From contig SHAK01000001.1 of NCBI GenBank assembly GCA_004213515.1, positions 2,972 to 66,971 on the forward strand: a stretch of 64,000 bases of DNA, written 5' to 3'. The notes below the pieces were generated by a model that ran no database searches, was not told where the DNA came from, and saw only the letters and a list, made by a program, of their open reading frames with translations. The stretch's first letter is position 1, and each line of letters begins with the position of its first letter. Source of the DNA: Limisphaerales bacterium (GTDB taxonomy: Bacteria; Verrucomicrobiota; Verrucomicrobiia; Limisphaerales; UBA1096). A program made the translations under genes and the position numbers. Below are positions 9,956-19,579 of this stretch, piece by piece.

Positions 9956-12900
9956 TCACTGCGAATCCATTTCATCTAGCACCAAATTCATAGCAGTATT
10001 TGTTACTTTTTTTACAGAGATTTTACCTCCTGGCCAATGAACCTCAATAGCACTAATTGATCGACTCCCTCCCAGTATTTGACAAAAACTCCCTTGAGAA
10101 AAACGCCCAGAGCTTCCTCCTATAAGTCGAGCTGGACCTTTACCACCATTGTCGAATATTGTACGAACGATAGCTCCTTGGCCATCGGGATTTGAAACTG
10201 AACCATTCAAACTTAACTTAAGACCAGCCTTGCCAGTTGAATTCAAATAAAACTTTGGCTTGTCTTTACTTTGTGCAATTAGAAGGTCAGGTCGCCCATC
10301 CGCATTAAGGTCTCCAACCGCACTACCTCTCTGTTCACCAAATACTTTGATTCCACTTTGATAACCAAATTTTGTAGTGAACTCTCCATGCCCATTTCCC
10401 TTCATAAGCAATCCCTCTCCCGCATCCATTCTGTAATCTTGAATTCGTACTGCAAAATAATTTTGGCTGAGAAACAAATCCTCATTACCGTCACCATCAA
10501 AGTCCGCAACTGAAGCTCCCATAACAGGAGTGAGCTGAGCCTCGACAGGTAATGGTTTAGCATCAAATTTTCCTCCTCGATTAAGCAATATAACAGATGC
10601 AAGATACGAAGCCTTAAGTAGTTTTGCATCGGTCAATTGACCTGCAAAAATCTGCTGAATCGTAGCTCCTCCATATCGACGATGAGTTGGAAAACGTTCT
10701 CGAACAAACGGAAAAACCAGATCAAATGTAACCCTTCGATGGCGAGGAAGAAGTCGCTTAGATTCAATTTCAAAGCGAGCCTCAATCGCATCGTAAAAAC
10801 CATCATTACCAATGTCGCCGTGAACAAGGTAAGGTAAACGTTTTTCACCATGCTTGAGATGACTATTAAGCCCCCAGTTGCCAGCCATTATGTCAAGCCT
10901 ACCGTCATTATTAAAGTCTCCTGCTGCAAGCGTTTGCCAAAGACCCAACTTCTGGTCAAGTCCCCACTCCTTTGTTACATCAGTAAAGGTGCCAGCACTA
11001 TTTTTAAAAATTCTGACAGGGCCCCATTCCGTAGCTATCACGAGTTCGGGAAAAGGGTCGGAATCTAGTTGGGCAAATACTGCAGCCGTTACCATTCCAA
11101 CATTAGCAAATGTCGAAGATTGTTTTTTATCAAGCTCAAGACCTGCTGATCCACACCGAAGCAGCCAAGAAGAGGCCGCCACAGGAAATCGACCGGGAAC
11201 TGACTGGCCGGCAACAAATACATCGAGATCACCATCACCATCTATATCCGAAACTGCTAAAGATCCAACATCGGAATAGTTTGCTGAAGGTAATTCAATT
11301 ATTTTTGGCTTAGCAACTCCCGGACGAAAAAGGTGTAGTGAGGGAACAACCGGCTCAGGGAAATCATGACTGGAGACTGCAACAATCAAGGCCCTCTTTC
11401 CGTTAGCATCCACCCAGCCGGCAATACCAAGAGCGTCACCCAAAAGAGGCTGCGCAAAAGCGGGCTCGTTTAACTTAACAAGCCCATTTTTAGGCTCGTT
11501 TTTATAGGCAATTATATTGCCTCCTGCACCATTACCAAAAAACAATTCTTCATTACCATCACCATCCCAATCAAATAAAACTATACCAGGCCCGGACTCA
11601 GTTAGTCGCCGAGGAAGCATTGGCTGACGTTGAAAATCATCAAATGAACCCTCTGTATTAATATGCGTTAATTGGTCACTAACGTCTGTAAACATAATCG
11701 CTGACTTATTTCCAACAATCTGCTTTGGCTGATCATTTTTTTTATGAATCTCGTAGGCATAATTGGGCTTAACACCATCAATCAATGTGCGTGCCCCTCC
11801 TGGCCAATTAACTTCAATGCTCAACTTATCAGCCTTACCTGCCGCAAAGGTTCTTAATGGTTGATCCCCTGCAAGATAACGCCCCCCAGCAATCATCTCT
11901 TGAGATTGAACATGCGTAGCTCCTCGAACAGTAATTCTAGCTCCAATACCATAAGTATTATCATCGGCGCCACGAAGTGCGACTGACAATCGTGGTTCTA
12001 TAGTATTATTCCTATAAACGAGTACATTTTCATTAAGACAACTTACAATAATGTCCTGATCTCCATCATTGTCTAGATCACACAATGAAATGCCATGACT
12101 TACATTTTTAGAATTAAAACCCCAATCCTTGCCAACCTCATCAAATTTCAATCCACCGATATTTCGATAAATCATATTTGGCACTGCAAGCGGAGGGTGA
12201 AGAAAAATCTTTTTGCGTGACTGTGAAACCGGCAATGCCCCCAATTTGGATGTACGCTCCATTGCATCAAGGTCCTGCGTGTCAAAAGCATGACCATTAG
12301 CTATTAGTAAATCTTCTAATCCATCTAAATCCACATCCATAAAAGTCGAGCCCCAAGTCCATTCGGTAGCGGATACTCCACTATAATTGGCAGTTTCCAT
12401 GTACGTATTGTCTCCACGATTTACATACAAAGTATTGCGATGAATTATTGGCCTATCAATGAACTCATCAATGGGTTTGACAAAAGGATTAGTAATCCCG
12501 GCTTGTGTCATCTCCAGCAGATGCGTCGGACTGATCATGTCAGCGACAAAAAAATCATCATGTCCATCACGATTAATGTCAGCAAAGTCCACCGCCATTG
12601 CAAAATAACTGCGATGTCTGATTGACATTTCATTCACCAATTGGAATTTACCATTACCCTTATTAATCCATAAGCGATCTGGAGTTTGAAAGTCGTTACA
12701 ATTGTAAATATCAGGTAATCCATCCTGATTTATATCACGAATCATTACCGAAAGACCAAGATCCCAAAACTCTTTTTTAATTGGCTGGCCACTTTCATCA
12801 AGCCAATTGCCATCAAGCCAATTGACCTTCGTGAATTTGGCATTCCCATCATTAATATATAGAATATCAGGTTCTCCAATCTCGACGAAACTCCCTTTCA

Positions 12901-13660
12901 CAATACGTATGCGATTTGAATATCTTCCGGTAACAACCTGTTTTCCATTAACGGTTCTCACACTAACTTTACCTCCACTTCGTAAAACTGAAGTAGCCCC
13001 GTAATTTGTTACATAAATATCTAAATCACCATCACCGTCGATGTCACCCATCGCCACCGAGGTTGAACCTATTTTAGGAGCCTCTAAACCCGCTACCTTA
13101 GTTTGATTACTAAAGTTACCTTTGCCATCATTGATAAACAATGCGTTCGGACCACCACAAGAGGTAACGAACAAGTCTAAATCACTATCACCATCTAAAT
13201 CACCAAACGCTGCCCCTGTACTCGACATGCCCGGGGCCATAACGCCGGCTTTACGAGATATATCTTTGAATTTCCATCCACCAAGATTCTTAAATAAACC
13301 ATTCCCACCATCGAGGCTACAGACATAAACATCACACAAGCCGTCACCATCAACATCACCGGAAGCAACTCCAGCGCCATTAAGAAGATTGGCATTAATC
13401 ATGCGAACACGGGCAAGAGTATTAGTAAATTGAATACCGCTAGCCTTAGCTGATAGCAAACTGAATCCTGTCCCTTGACCAGCCGGCTCATTCACCTTGG
13501 CCTCCCTAAACGTCCCCTTATCCTGCCAGACCAAAGGCTGAGCCTTGACCAAATGAATGGCCAAAATGAAAAGGCAAAGAATGACTGTAAGTCGATTTGC
13601 GCCTCGGGTTGTAAAAAGCGCGAACATGTTGCGGGTCAAAGAGAAGAACAAAATCCTCAC
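9956..13660 (-). CDS. Giant FG-GAP/VCBS repeat protein with two ASPIC/UnbV modules (CRTAC1 family)
   Basis: 1234 aa. There are many Ca-binding FG-GAP loops (GDVDGDGLCDVYV, GDLDGDSDLDLFV, GDIDGDGDLDIYV, DLDNDGDQDIIV). Two UnbV/ASPIC-type segments end in NWPGGARTL and HWPGGKISV. Confidence 0.85.
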   Translation of the reverse strand: MRILFFSLTRNMFALFTTRGANRLTVILCLFILAIHLVKAQPLVWQDKGTFREAKVNEPAGQGTGFSLLSAKASGIQFTNTLARVRMINANLLNGAGVASGDVDGDGLCDVYVCSLDGGNGLFKNLGGWKFKDISRKAGVMAPGMSSTGAAFGDLDGDSDLDLFVTSCGGPNALFINDGKGNFSNQTKVAGLEAPKIGSTSVAMGDIDGDGDLDIYVTNYGATSVLRSGGKVSVRTVNGKQVVTGRYSNRIRIVKGSFVEIGEPDILYINDGNAKFTKVNWLDGNWLDESGQPIKKEFWDLGLSVMIRDINQDGLPDIYNCNDFQTPDRLWINKGNGKFQLVNEMSIRHRSYFAMAVDFADINRDGHDDFFVADMISPTHLLEMTQAGITNPFVKPIDEFIDRPIIHRNTLYVNRGDNTYMETANYSGVSATEWTWGSTFMDVDLDGLEDLLIANGHAFDTQDLDAMERTSKLGALPVSQSRKKIFLHPPLAVPNMIYRNIGGLKFDEVGKDWGFNSKNVSHGISLCDLDNDGDQDIIVSCLNENVLVYRNNTIEPRLSVALRGADDNTYGIGARITVRGATHVQSQEMIAGGRYLAGDQPLRTFAAGKADKLSIEVNWPGGARTLIDGVKPNYAYEIHKKNDQPKQIVGNKSAIMFTDVSDQLTHINTEGSFDDFQRQPMLPRRLTESGPGIVLFDWDGDGNEELFFGNGAGGNIIAYKNEPKNGLVKLNEPAFAQPLLGDALGIAGWVDANGKRALIVAVSSHDFPEPVVPSLHLFRPGVAKPKIIELPSANYSDVGSLAVSDIDGDGDLDVFVAGQSVPGRFPVAASSWLLRCGSAGLELDKKQSSTFANVGMVTAAVFAQLDSDPFPELVIATEWGPVRIFKNSAGTFTDVTKEWGLDQKLGLWQTLAAGDFNNDGRLDIMAGNWGLNSHLKHGEKRLPYLVHGDIGNDGFYDAIEARFEIESKRLLPRHRRVTFDLVFPFVRERFPTHRRYGGATIQQIFAGQLTDAKLLKASYLASVILLNRGGKFDAKPLPVEAQLTPVMGASVADFDGDGNEDLFLSQNYFAVRIQDYRMDAGEGLLMKGNGHGEFTTKFGYQSGIKVFGEQRGSAVGDLNADGRPDLLIAQSKDKPKFYLNSTGKAGLKLSLNGSVSNPDGQGAIVRTIFDNGGKGPARLIGGSSGRFSQGSFCQILGGSRSISAIEVHWPGGKISVKKVTNTAMNLVLDEMDSQ

Positions 13661-13694
13661 TTCAGTTCAACCCTCTAGCGTTCTTTAATTTACA

Positions 13695-14945
13695 TCACGC
13701 TTGTATTGTTAATGAATAGCGCTGAATAGTATTTCTCCCGGACTTACGAAATGGCCTGGGCATGGGCTGAGCAATCCCATTTTGGTCAATTGTTCGGCAA
13801 CGAACATCGTAAACACCAATTGGAATTCCTTTAAGTAAAGTTGCCCAATGTGCAAGGGTATAGCGCATAGGCCATTGCTTGGGGCGGCCATTACTATCAA
13901 AAAAACGAACATTTTTTTGAAGCGTCCCCTTAGGAAGGCCACCTCCCCAGTCAGTCGGTGGCGGTAAAATTTTCACATCTTGCCAAGGAGCGGTGTTAAA
14001 GAAAGGGTCGTTTTCAGGAAGTTTTTTATCTTTTGGATTAACCCAAATCTGCACTTTACTTAGACCTCCAACACCAACCTGCGCCCAACCGGTCACTGGA
14101 ATAGGTTCCCCAACTTTTGATTTTGCAGGTTTAAGATGAAATCTACTCATAGTCTTAAGCCAGCTATCTATATCATTGTTCGACTCGGCATAAGTATCAT
14201 TAGCTTGATACGCGTTTGTAAGCATTACCGTTTTAAGCCATTTTACTGATTTAAATCCGTAAGAATCCGGGACAAGCATCCGCACAGGGCCTCCCCTTTT
14301 ACCACTTAACCATTTTCCATTTAATTTGTAACATAGCATAACCGGGTTATCACCAGGGGGATCTTCTAGAACCCTACCAATGGGAAGCGAACTTCGAAAC
14401 ATCTGCTTAGGATCATTGTTATGATGCCCATAATAAAAAACTCTTCGAATATTCTCTTTGGGCTTTGTTTCCCAAATAACCTGTCGTAGAGGGACCCCCT
14501 CCCAGAGCCCCATTCCAAGAGGAGCTCCAATATTATTACAGGTCATAATCTTGAGATAGCGAACAGCATGTTTATCTGCAAGCTTCATCAAATGACTAAA
14601 ACTAAAAGAATTACCGCCATTGCTAGATAGCGGATTACCTATTTTGCTATTGCTATTAGGATCAGCAATTACATCCAACTTCCAAGACTCTCGTTCAAGT
14701 CCAATTTTCAAACGTTTAGCCAAAGGCAGCTTATATGGTAGGGGATCTCCTCTCTCCACTGTTCCAAAGTCAGCTTGAGCAGTTAAATAACTCATATCAG
14801 CCATTGCTGAATCGAGGATGGATTGATTAGTTTCAGCTTGAACAGAATGAATTTTAAACGCTAAGGCACCAGCTGCACCAAGTTGAATGAAGTAACGGCG
14901 TGTCACTTCTTGATGTTGATTATTTAATTCTACTGAAAGAGGCAC
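13695..14945 (-). CDS. Tat-exported molybdopterin-dependent oxidoreductase (sulfite oxidase/YedY fold)
   Basis: Twin-arginine leader TRRYFIQLGAAGALAF. IMTCNNIGAPLGMGLWEGVPLRQVI resembles the Mo-ligand Cys region of the sulfite-oxidase family. GGPVRMLVPDSYGFKSVKWL is the typical SUOX-family motif. Confidence 0.7.
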   Translation of the reverse strand: MPLSVELNNQHQEVTRRYFIQLGAAGALAFKIHSVQAETNQSILDSAMADMSYLTAQADFGTVERGDPLPYKLPLAKRLKIGLERESWKLDVIADPNSNSKIGNPLSSNGGNSFSFSHLMKLADKHAVRYLKIMTCNNIGAPLGMGLWEGVPLRQVIWETKPKENIRRVFYYGHHNNDPKQMFRSSLPIGRVLEDPPGDNPVMLCYKLNGKWLSGKRGGPVRMLVPDSYGFKSVKWLKTVMLTNAYQANDTYAESNNDIDSWLKTMSRFHLKPAKSKVGEPIPVTGWAQVGVGGLSKVQIWVNPKDKKLPENDPFFNTAPWQDVKILPPPTDWGGGLPKGTLQKNVRFFDSNGRPKQWPMRYTLAHWATLLKGIPIGVYDVRCRTIDQNGIAQPMPRPFRKSGRNTIQRYSLTIQA

Positions 14946-15017
14946 TGGAACTTAAAGCCAGTCTCCTAAAGACAGGACAACAAGCAAGTCGCGATTACTA
15001 TGTAAAAGAATTTCTGC

Positions 15018-15992
15018 TTAAACAAAAAGAGTCATGGCTCCCATGGCAGCAGATACCAATAAAAGCAATAATACTGCTGTTGTTTTGGATTGTCCTGTCC
15101 TTACAAGTCTATGCGAAAAATGATTATTGTCACCAACCCAAACCGGCTGACTCAATCTAAAACGAATAACGATTACCGATATTAAATCAGCTAATGGAAT
15201 AAAAAGAACTAATACCGGAGTAATGATAAGCCATTTGTAGGGACTAGCCTCTGAATAAAAATCAGGAAGCACCGCTAAGACGGACAATAAAAAACCAACC
15301 ACATGGCTCCCTCCATCACCTAGGAACACATACCCCTTAGGAAAATTAAACGGAAAAAAACCAAACAATGCTCCTGAAAAAAGAAACGCTAGCGAAGCTA
15401 CAAGGTACTGCCCTTCTAAACCCGCATGCCAAGCAAAGAACCAGCCACATATTATCCCCAACCCAGGACACAGACCATTCATGTTATCTTGAAAATTAAC
15501 AGCATTGGTGACTGTTAAAATCCACAGCACCGTGACTGCATAACTAAAAATATTGTTATCAACAAATATAGTTAAACGAATACCACTTGCGGCTACAGCC
15601 AAAGCTATAAGCACTTGGAAAAATAACTTCCATTTCGGAGAAAAATCTCGTTTGTCATCCAATATTCCCAGCACTAGCATGGCAATTGCTCCACCCAGGA
15701 TTGCTGCCAACTGCCAACCACGATTTGACAAGCCATAGGACACAGCATGTGAAAATGATTCCGGCAAATATCCCAACCAAGCCCAAAGAACTGCTAATAA
15801 TATAGGGACAGCCAAACCAGTCATAACTGCTAAGCCGCCAGCTAAGGGCACTGGAGTGTCATGTATCTTTCTGTGACCAGGCATATCCATCAAGCCAATT
15901 CTCTTACAAAAATAACGCCATAACGGCAAAGTCGCTGCTGTTAGCAAAGCTCCTCCAGAAAAAGCTAAAATATAAAACCCAAATGGGAACAT
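15018..15992 (-). CDS. Polyprenyl-phosphate sugar-1-phosphate transferase (glycosyltransferase family 4, MraY/WecA-like)
   Basis: 324 aa and polytopic. DMPGHRKIHDTPVPLAGGLAV and NAVNFQDNMNGL match GT4 family motifs. Confidence 0.75.
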   Translation of the reverse strand: MFPFGFYILAFSGGALLTAATLPLWRYFCKRIGLMDMPGHRKIHDTPVPLAGGLAVMTGLAVPILLAVLWAWLGYLPESFSHAVSYGLSNRGWQLAAILGGAIAMLVLGILDDKRDFSPKWKLFFQVLIALAVAASGIRLTIFVDNNIFSYAVTVLWILTVTNAVNFQDNMNGLCPGLGIICGWFFAWHAGLEGQYLVASLAFLFSGALFGFFPFNFPKGYVFLGDGGSHVVGFLLSVLAVLPDFYSEASPYKWLIITPVLVLFIPLADLISVIVIRFRLSQPVWVGDNNHFSHRLVRTGQSKTTAVLLLLLVSAAMGAMTLFV

Positions 15993-16114
15993 TTAATAGC
16001 GCTTGGTTACGAAATTGAATCTTTGAGGTCGAGAAAATTGTTCCTCAATCTCTAAGAGTCGACAAATAAGCTTAAGTATTTAAAAATAAGGACCTATTAA
16101 GAAACTCCCTAGTT

Positions 16115-17812
16115 TTGAAAAAATACATATATAACTTTTTCATGGTTTTTGGACTGGTGCATTTTTTTACTGGTTCAATTACTGCACAAGAACAAACGGT
16201 TGATCTGGAAATACGAGCAAAAGCCGGATTACAATTCAGTGTAGTTAGATTTGCTGCCAAACCGGGACAATCTGTTCATCTAAATGTTTTTAATGATGAT
16301 GAGATGGCTCACAATTTGGTTTTCACGAAAGTCGGCCAACGAGTTGCTGTGGCTAATGCTGCTTTAGGCCTAGGTGAGAAGGCGGAGGAAAAAAACTGGA
16401 TTCCAGATTTAGATTCAGTTTTGTGGAGCACCCCAGTATTAAAACCAGGAGACAACCATGAGTTAAAGTTCAATGCTCCAAAACAAAAAGGAATATATCC
16501 TTATGTTTGCACCTTTATTGGCCATGGGTTTGTCATGTATGGAGCAATGTACGTTGATATTCCAATGCCGGATATATCAACAGACCAAAATGTGCCAGAA
16601 ATAGCTCGAACAGGTGGCAGTTCAACTGGAAGTGATCCAAAAATAGGGAAAGGCAAAATAGAAAATTTTACATATACAGTTTATAAGGGCAGCTGGAACA
16701 AAATGCCTGATTTCTCAAAGTTAAAACCTCACCAATCTGGAAAAGCCAGCAGCGGAATCGCTGACCCTGGCTTAGCTGGTTTGTCCGAAAATTTTGGCAT
16801 GGTTTTTGAAGGCGAAATAAACATTGGCAAAAAAGGGACTTATGATTTCAGTCTCGGTTCTGATGATGGTTCTCGGCTATATATAAACAATAAACTAGTA
16901 GTCGATAATGATGGAGTACATTCGATGACTACTAAAAAAGGTAAAATTGCACTAGACCCTGGCAAAGCAAAATTGAAACTGGAGTACTTCGAAAAGGGAG
17001 GGCAGGAAGAACTTGCATTAGAGATGTCAGGGCCAGGCGTAAAAAGGCTACAACTTGCCAAACAAGTGATTAAGCCAAAGAAAGTTGCTTTTCCAAGTGG
17101 CAATCCAATTGAGATAACTTCTGAAGCTAGAATTTATAGGAACTTTATTGAAGGCGCCAGCCCTCGCGGGATTGGAGTGGGATATCCGGAAAAAGTTAAT
17201 TTATGTTTTGATGCAAATACAATGCAAATTGCTATGCTTTGGCACGGAGCATTTATGGATGGAGCCAAACATTGGAATGGTCGCGGACAAGGCTTCCAAC
17301 GCCCCTCTGGTCATTACTTGATGAATATTAATCGTGATCAACCTTTTGCTCAGCTTAATAGCAATGATGCCTCTTGGCCAAAAGCTGAAGGACGAGACAC
17401 CAGAGCTAAGCATTACAAATTTCGTGGTTACTTCTTGGACGGAAAAGAAAGGCGTCCTACTTTTGGTTATAGTCTTGGCGGATTTTCAGTAACTGATTAC
17501 CCAAGCCCTCAAGCCGGATCTATGCCTTTTATTATTCGTAATATAAATATCAAAGGATCGGGTCGGATTTGGTATCTTGCGGCTGCTGGAGAATCTATTA
17601 CAAAGCAAAAGGATTTATACAATATTGACAATTCAATGCTTCAAGTTGGTTTTTCTGATTTAAAAAACCTAAAGCCAATAATTCGTGAAAATTCCGGACG
17701 TAAAGAGTTACTGATCAAGTTGAATGTAGACGGACAAGCAACCATCAAACAGCACTATCGTTGGAATGTTGAATACATTTTAAAAGAACACACTCACGGC
17801 CAAAAGAAATAA
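16115..17812 (+). CDS. Secreted cupredoxin (azurin-like) - PA14 domain fusion protein with an uncharacterised C-terminal domain
   Basis: TTG start plus signal peptide. A type-1 copper ligand set is present: H in EMAHNLVF, then YVCTFIGHGFVM (C-x4-H-x3-M, as in azurin). PA14-like GTYDFSLGSDDGSRLYINNKLVVDNDG follows. About 250 aa at the C-terminus have no motif I recognise. Confidence 0.65.
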   Translation: MKKYIYNFFMVFGLVHFFTGSITAQEQTVDLEIRAKAGLQFSVVRFAAKPGQSVHLNVFNDDEMAHNLVFTKVGQRVAVANAALGLGEKAEEKNWIPDLDSVLWSTPVLKPGDNHELKFNAPKQKGIYPYVCTFIGHGFVMYGAMYVDIPMPDISTDQNVPEIARTGGSSTGSDPKIGKGKIENFTYTVYKGSWNKMPDFSKLKPHQSGKASSGIADPGLAGLSENFGMVFEGEINIGKKGTYDFSLGSDDGSRLYINNKLVVDNDGVHSMTTKKGKIALDPGKAKLKLEYFEKGGQEELALEMSGPGVKRLQLAKQVIKPKKVAFPSGNPIEITSEARIYRNFIEGASPRGIGVGYPEKVNLCFDANTMQIAMLWHGAFMDGAKHWNGRGQGFQRPSGHYLMNINRDQPFAQLNSNDASWPKAEGRDTRAKHYKFRGYFLDGKERRPTFGYSLGGFSVTDYPSPQAGSMPFIIRNINIKGSGRIWYLAAAGESITKQKDLYNIDNSMLQVGFSDLKNLKPIIRENSGRKELLIKLNVDGQATIKQHYRWNVEYILKEHTHGQKK

Positions 17813-17834
17813 AAACATTAAAAGAAAATTTAAA

Positions 17835-19319
17835 ATGAACAAAAAAAACTTAATATTTACTTTATTTGCTAGTTTTGCTCTTGGCCAAATAATGCCTGCT
17901 AATGCAGCTAATCCCGTTGAGTCAGACTATTATCAAATTGACCGAATACCGATTCCTGATGGCGTTGTTTTGGAGACAAGTGGAATCGAAATGTTACCAA
18001 ACGGAAAGCTTGCAGTCTGCGGTCGCCGCGGAAATGTATACGTGCTATCAAATCCCTTTGGCAAACCAGAGGACATAAAGTGGACTCTTTATGCCGAGGG
18101 ACTTCATGAACCATTGAACCTTGCCTTCACCGACGGCTGGCTCTACTGCACGCAGCGAGGTGAACTTACTCGTATGAAGGATATGGATGGGGACGATCGC
18201 GCGGACATATTTGAAACCGTTAACGACGGCTGGGGAATTACTGGAGATTATCATGAATATGCATTCGGCACTCGCCCTGACCCCAATGGCGACATGTGGA
18301 TCGTATTGTGCCTTACCGGATCTTTCTCTAGTCAAATTGATTATAGAGGATGGTGCTTAAGGATAACCAAGGAAGGAGAATTAATTCCAACAGCCAGCGG
18401 CATACGCTCCCCTGGAGGTATCGGACTAAACCATTTAGGCGAAGCTTTCTATGCAGACAATCAAGGTCCATGGAACGGTTCTAGTTCACTAAAGCATATT
18501 CCTCCCGGCTCATTCCAAGGTCATCCGGGTGGCTGGAAATGGTTTGATCTTGATGCAGTAAAAAAAGTCATGAAACGACCGGAAAACGAGCCAAAGTCAG
18601 AAAGCCGTTATCCAGTTGAACGTGAACGTGTAAAAGAATTAACCCCTCCTGCTTTAGTCTTTCCTCACGGAGTACTAGGAAATTCCACCAGCGGGTTCGC
18701 TTACGATGGGAATGGCAAATTTGGACCTTTTAAGAATCAATTACTCGTGTGTGATCAGACCTTCTCGGTAGTCAACAGAGGTTTTCTTGAAAAAATAAAC
18801 GGGGTCTACCAAGGGGCAGCTTTCTCTTTCCTTAAAGGCTTTGGCTCTGGAAATATAAGTGCATATATGCACCCGAGTGGTACTTTGTTTATAGGAGGAA
18901 CTGACCGTGGATGGGGTGCTCGCGGCGGCAAACGGTTCGCAATTGATCGGGTCACCTGGAAAAATAAAGTGCCTTTCGAAATTCATGAGATGCGAGCAAA
19001 GCCTGATGGTTTCGAATTGACCTTCACTCACGAAGTTGATGCCAAAACTGCTAGTGATCTAAAATCATATAGCATGAGTGCATACACCTATATTTACCAA
19101 TCCAAATACGGTAGCCCAGTGGTAGATAAACTGAACCCAGAAATCTTAGGGGCTGAAGTAACAGGGCCAAAAACAGTTCGCGTCACAGTTGACAAGTTAA
19201 CCAAGGGACACGTACACGAACTACAAGCTAAAGGCGTGCGATCACTCGATAACAAACCTATTCTCCATCCAATTGGATACTACACATTAAACGAAATCCC
19301 ACCAGCCGAAGTTAATTAG
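17835..19319 (+). CDS. Secreted beta-propeller protein, glucose/sorbosone-dehydrogenase-like (PVC 'membrane-bound dehydrogenase' type)
   Basis: 494 aa with a signal peptide and propeller-like repeats (DGWLYCTQRGELTRMKDMDGDDRAD, GGIGLNHLGEAFYADNQGPWNG). No CxxCH heme motif. It starts 22 nt after the cupredoxin gene. Confidence 0.4.
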   Translation: MNKKNLIFTLFASFALGQIMPANAANPVESDYYQIDRIPIPDGVVLETSGIEMLPNGKLAVCGRRGNVYVLSNPFGKPEDIKWTLYAEGLHEPLNLAFTDGWLYCTQRGELTRMKDMDGDDRADIFETVNDGWGITGDYHEYAFGTRPDPNGDMWIVLCLTGSFSSQIDYRGWCLRITKEGELIPTASGIRSPGGIGLNHLGEAFYADNQGPWNGSSSLKHIPPGSFQGHPGGWKWFDLDAVKKVMKRPENEPKSESRYPVERERVKELTPPALVFPHGVLGNSTSGFAYDGNGKFGPFKNQLLVCDQTFSVVNRGFLEKINGVYQGAAFSFLKGFGSGNISAYMHPSGTLFIGGTDRGWGARGGKRFAIDRVTWKNKVPFEIHEMRAKPDGFELTFTHEVDAKTASDLKSYSMSAYTYIYQSKYGSPVVDKLNPEILGAEVTGPKTVRVTVDKLTKGHVHELQAKGVRSLDNKPILHPIGYYTLNEIPPAEVN

Positions 19320-19348
19320 GTCGCAAATTAAAAAATTAGATAAATACA

Positions 19349-19377
19349 GCCACCGCCTCAAAAGGCGGTGGCTTTTT
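19349..19377 (+). terminator. Rho-independent terminator after the 17835-19319 gene
   Basis: GCCACCGCC-TCAAAA-GGCGGTGGC is a perfect 9-bp stem followed by TTTTT. Confidence 0.85.
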
Positions 19378-19403
19378 ACTTTCTTTAGCAATAAGGAGAA
19401 ATT

Positions 19404-19577
19404 CTATTCTACTTGAATAGAGACCACCACTCCATGTTCAACAGTAGCCCTTACGTTTATAGGTCGACAACAGTTCTCACAATCTGAAACCAAATCTATA
19501 TCTCCATCAACCCCATCTAAAATAACAAGTGTTTCGGAGTTGCAATATGGGCAAGCAATAGTAGAAGTTTCGTCCAT
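19404..19577 (-). CDS. Small cysteine-rich CPXCG-family zinc-ribbon protein (57 aa; below the ORF-track size cut-off)
   Basis: My own translation of the - strand: MDETSTIACPYCNSETLVILDGVDGDIDLVSDCENCCRPINVRATVEHGVVVSIQVE*. CPYC...DCxxCCRPI is the CPXCG family pattern. The ATG lies 2 nt after the DoxX stop codon. Confidence 0.7.
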   Translation of the reverse strand: MDETSTIACPYCNSETLVILDGVDGDIDLVSDCENCCRPINVRATVEHGVVVSIQVE

Positions 19578-19579
19578 AA

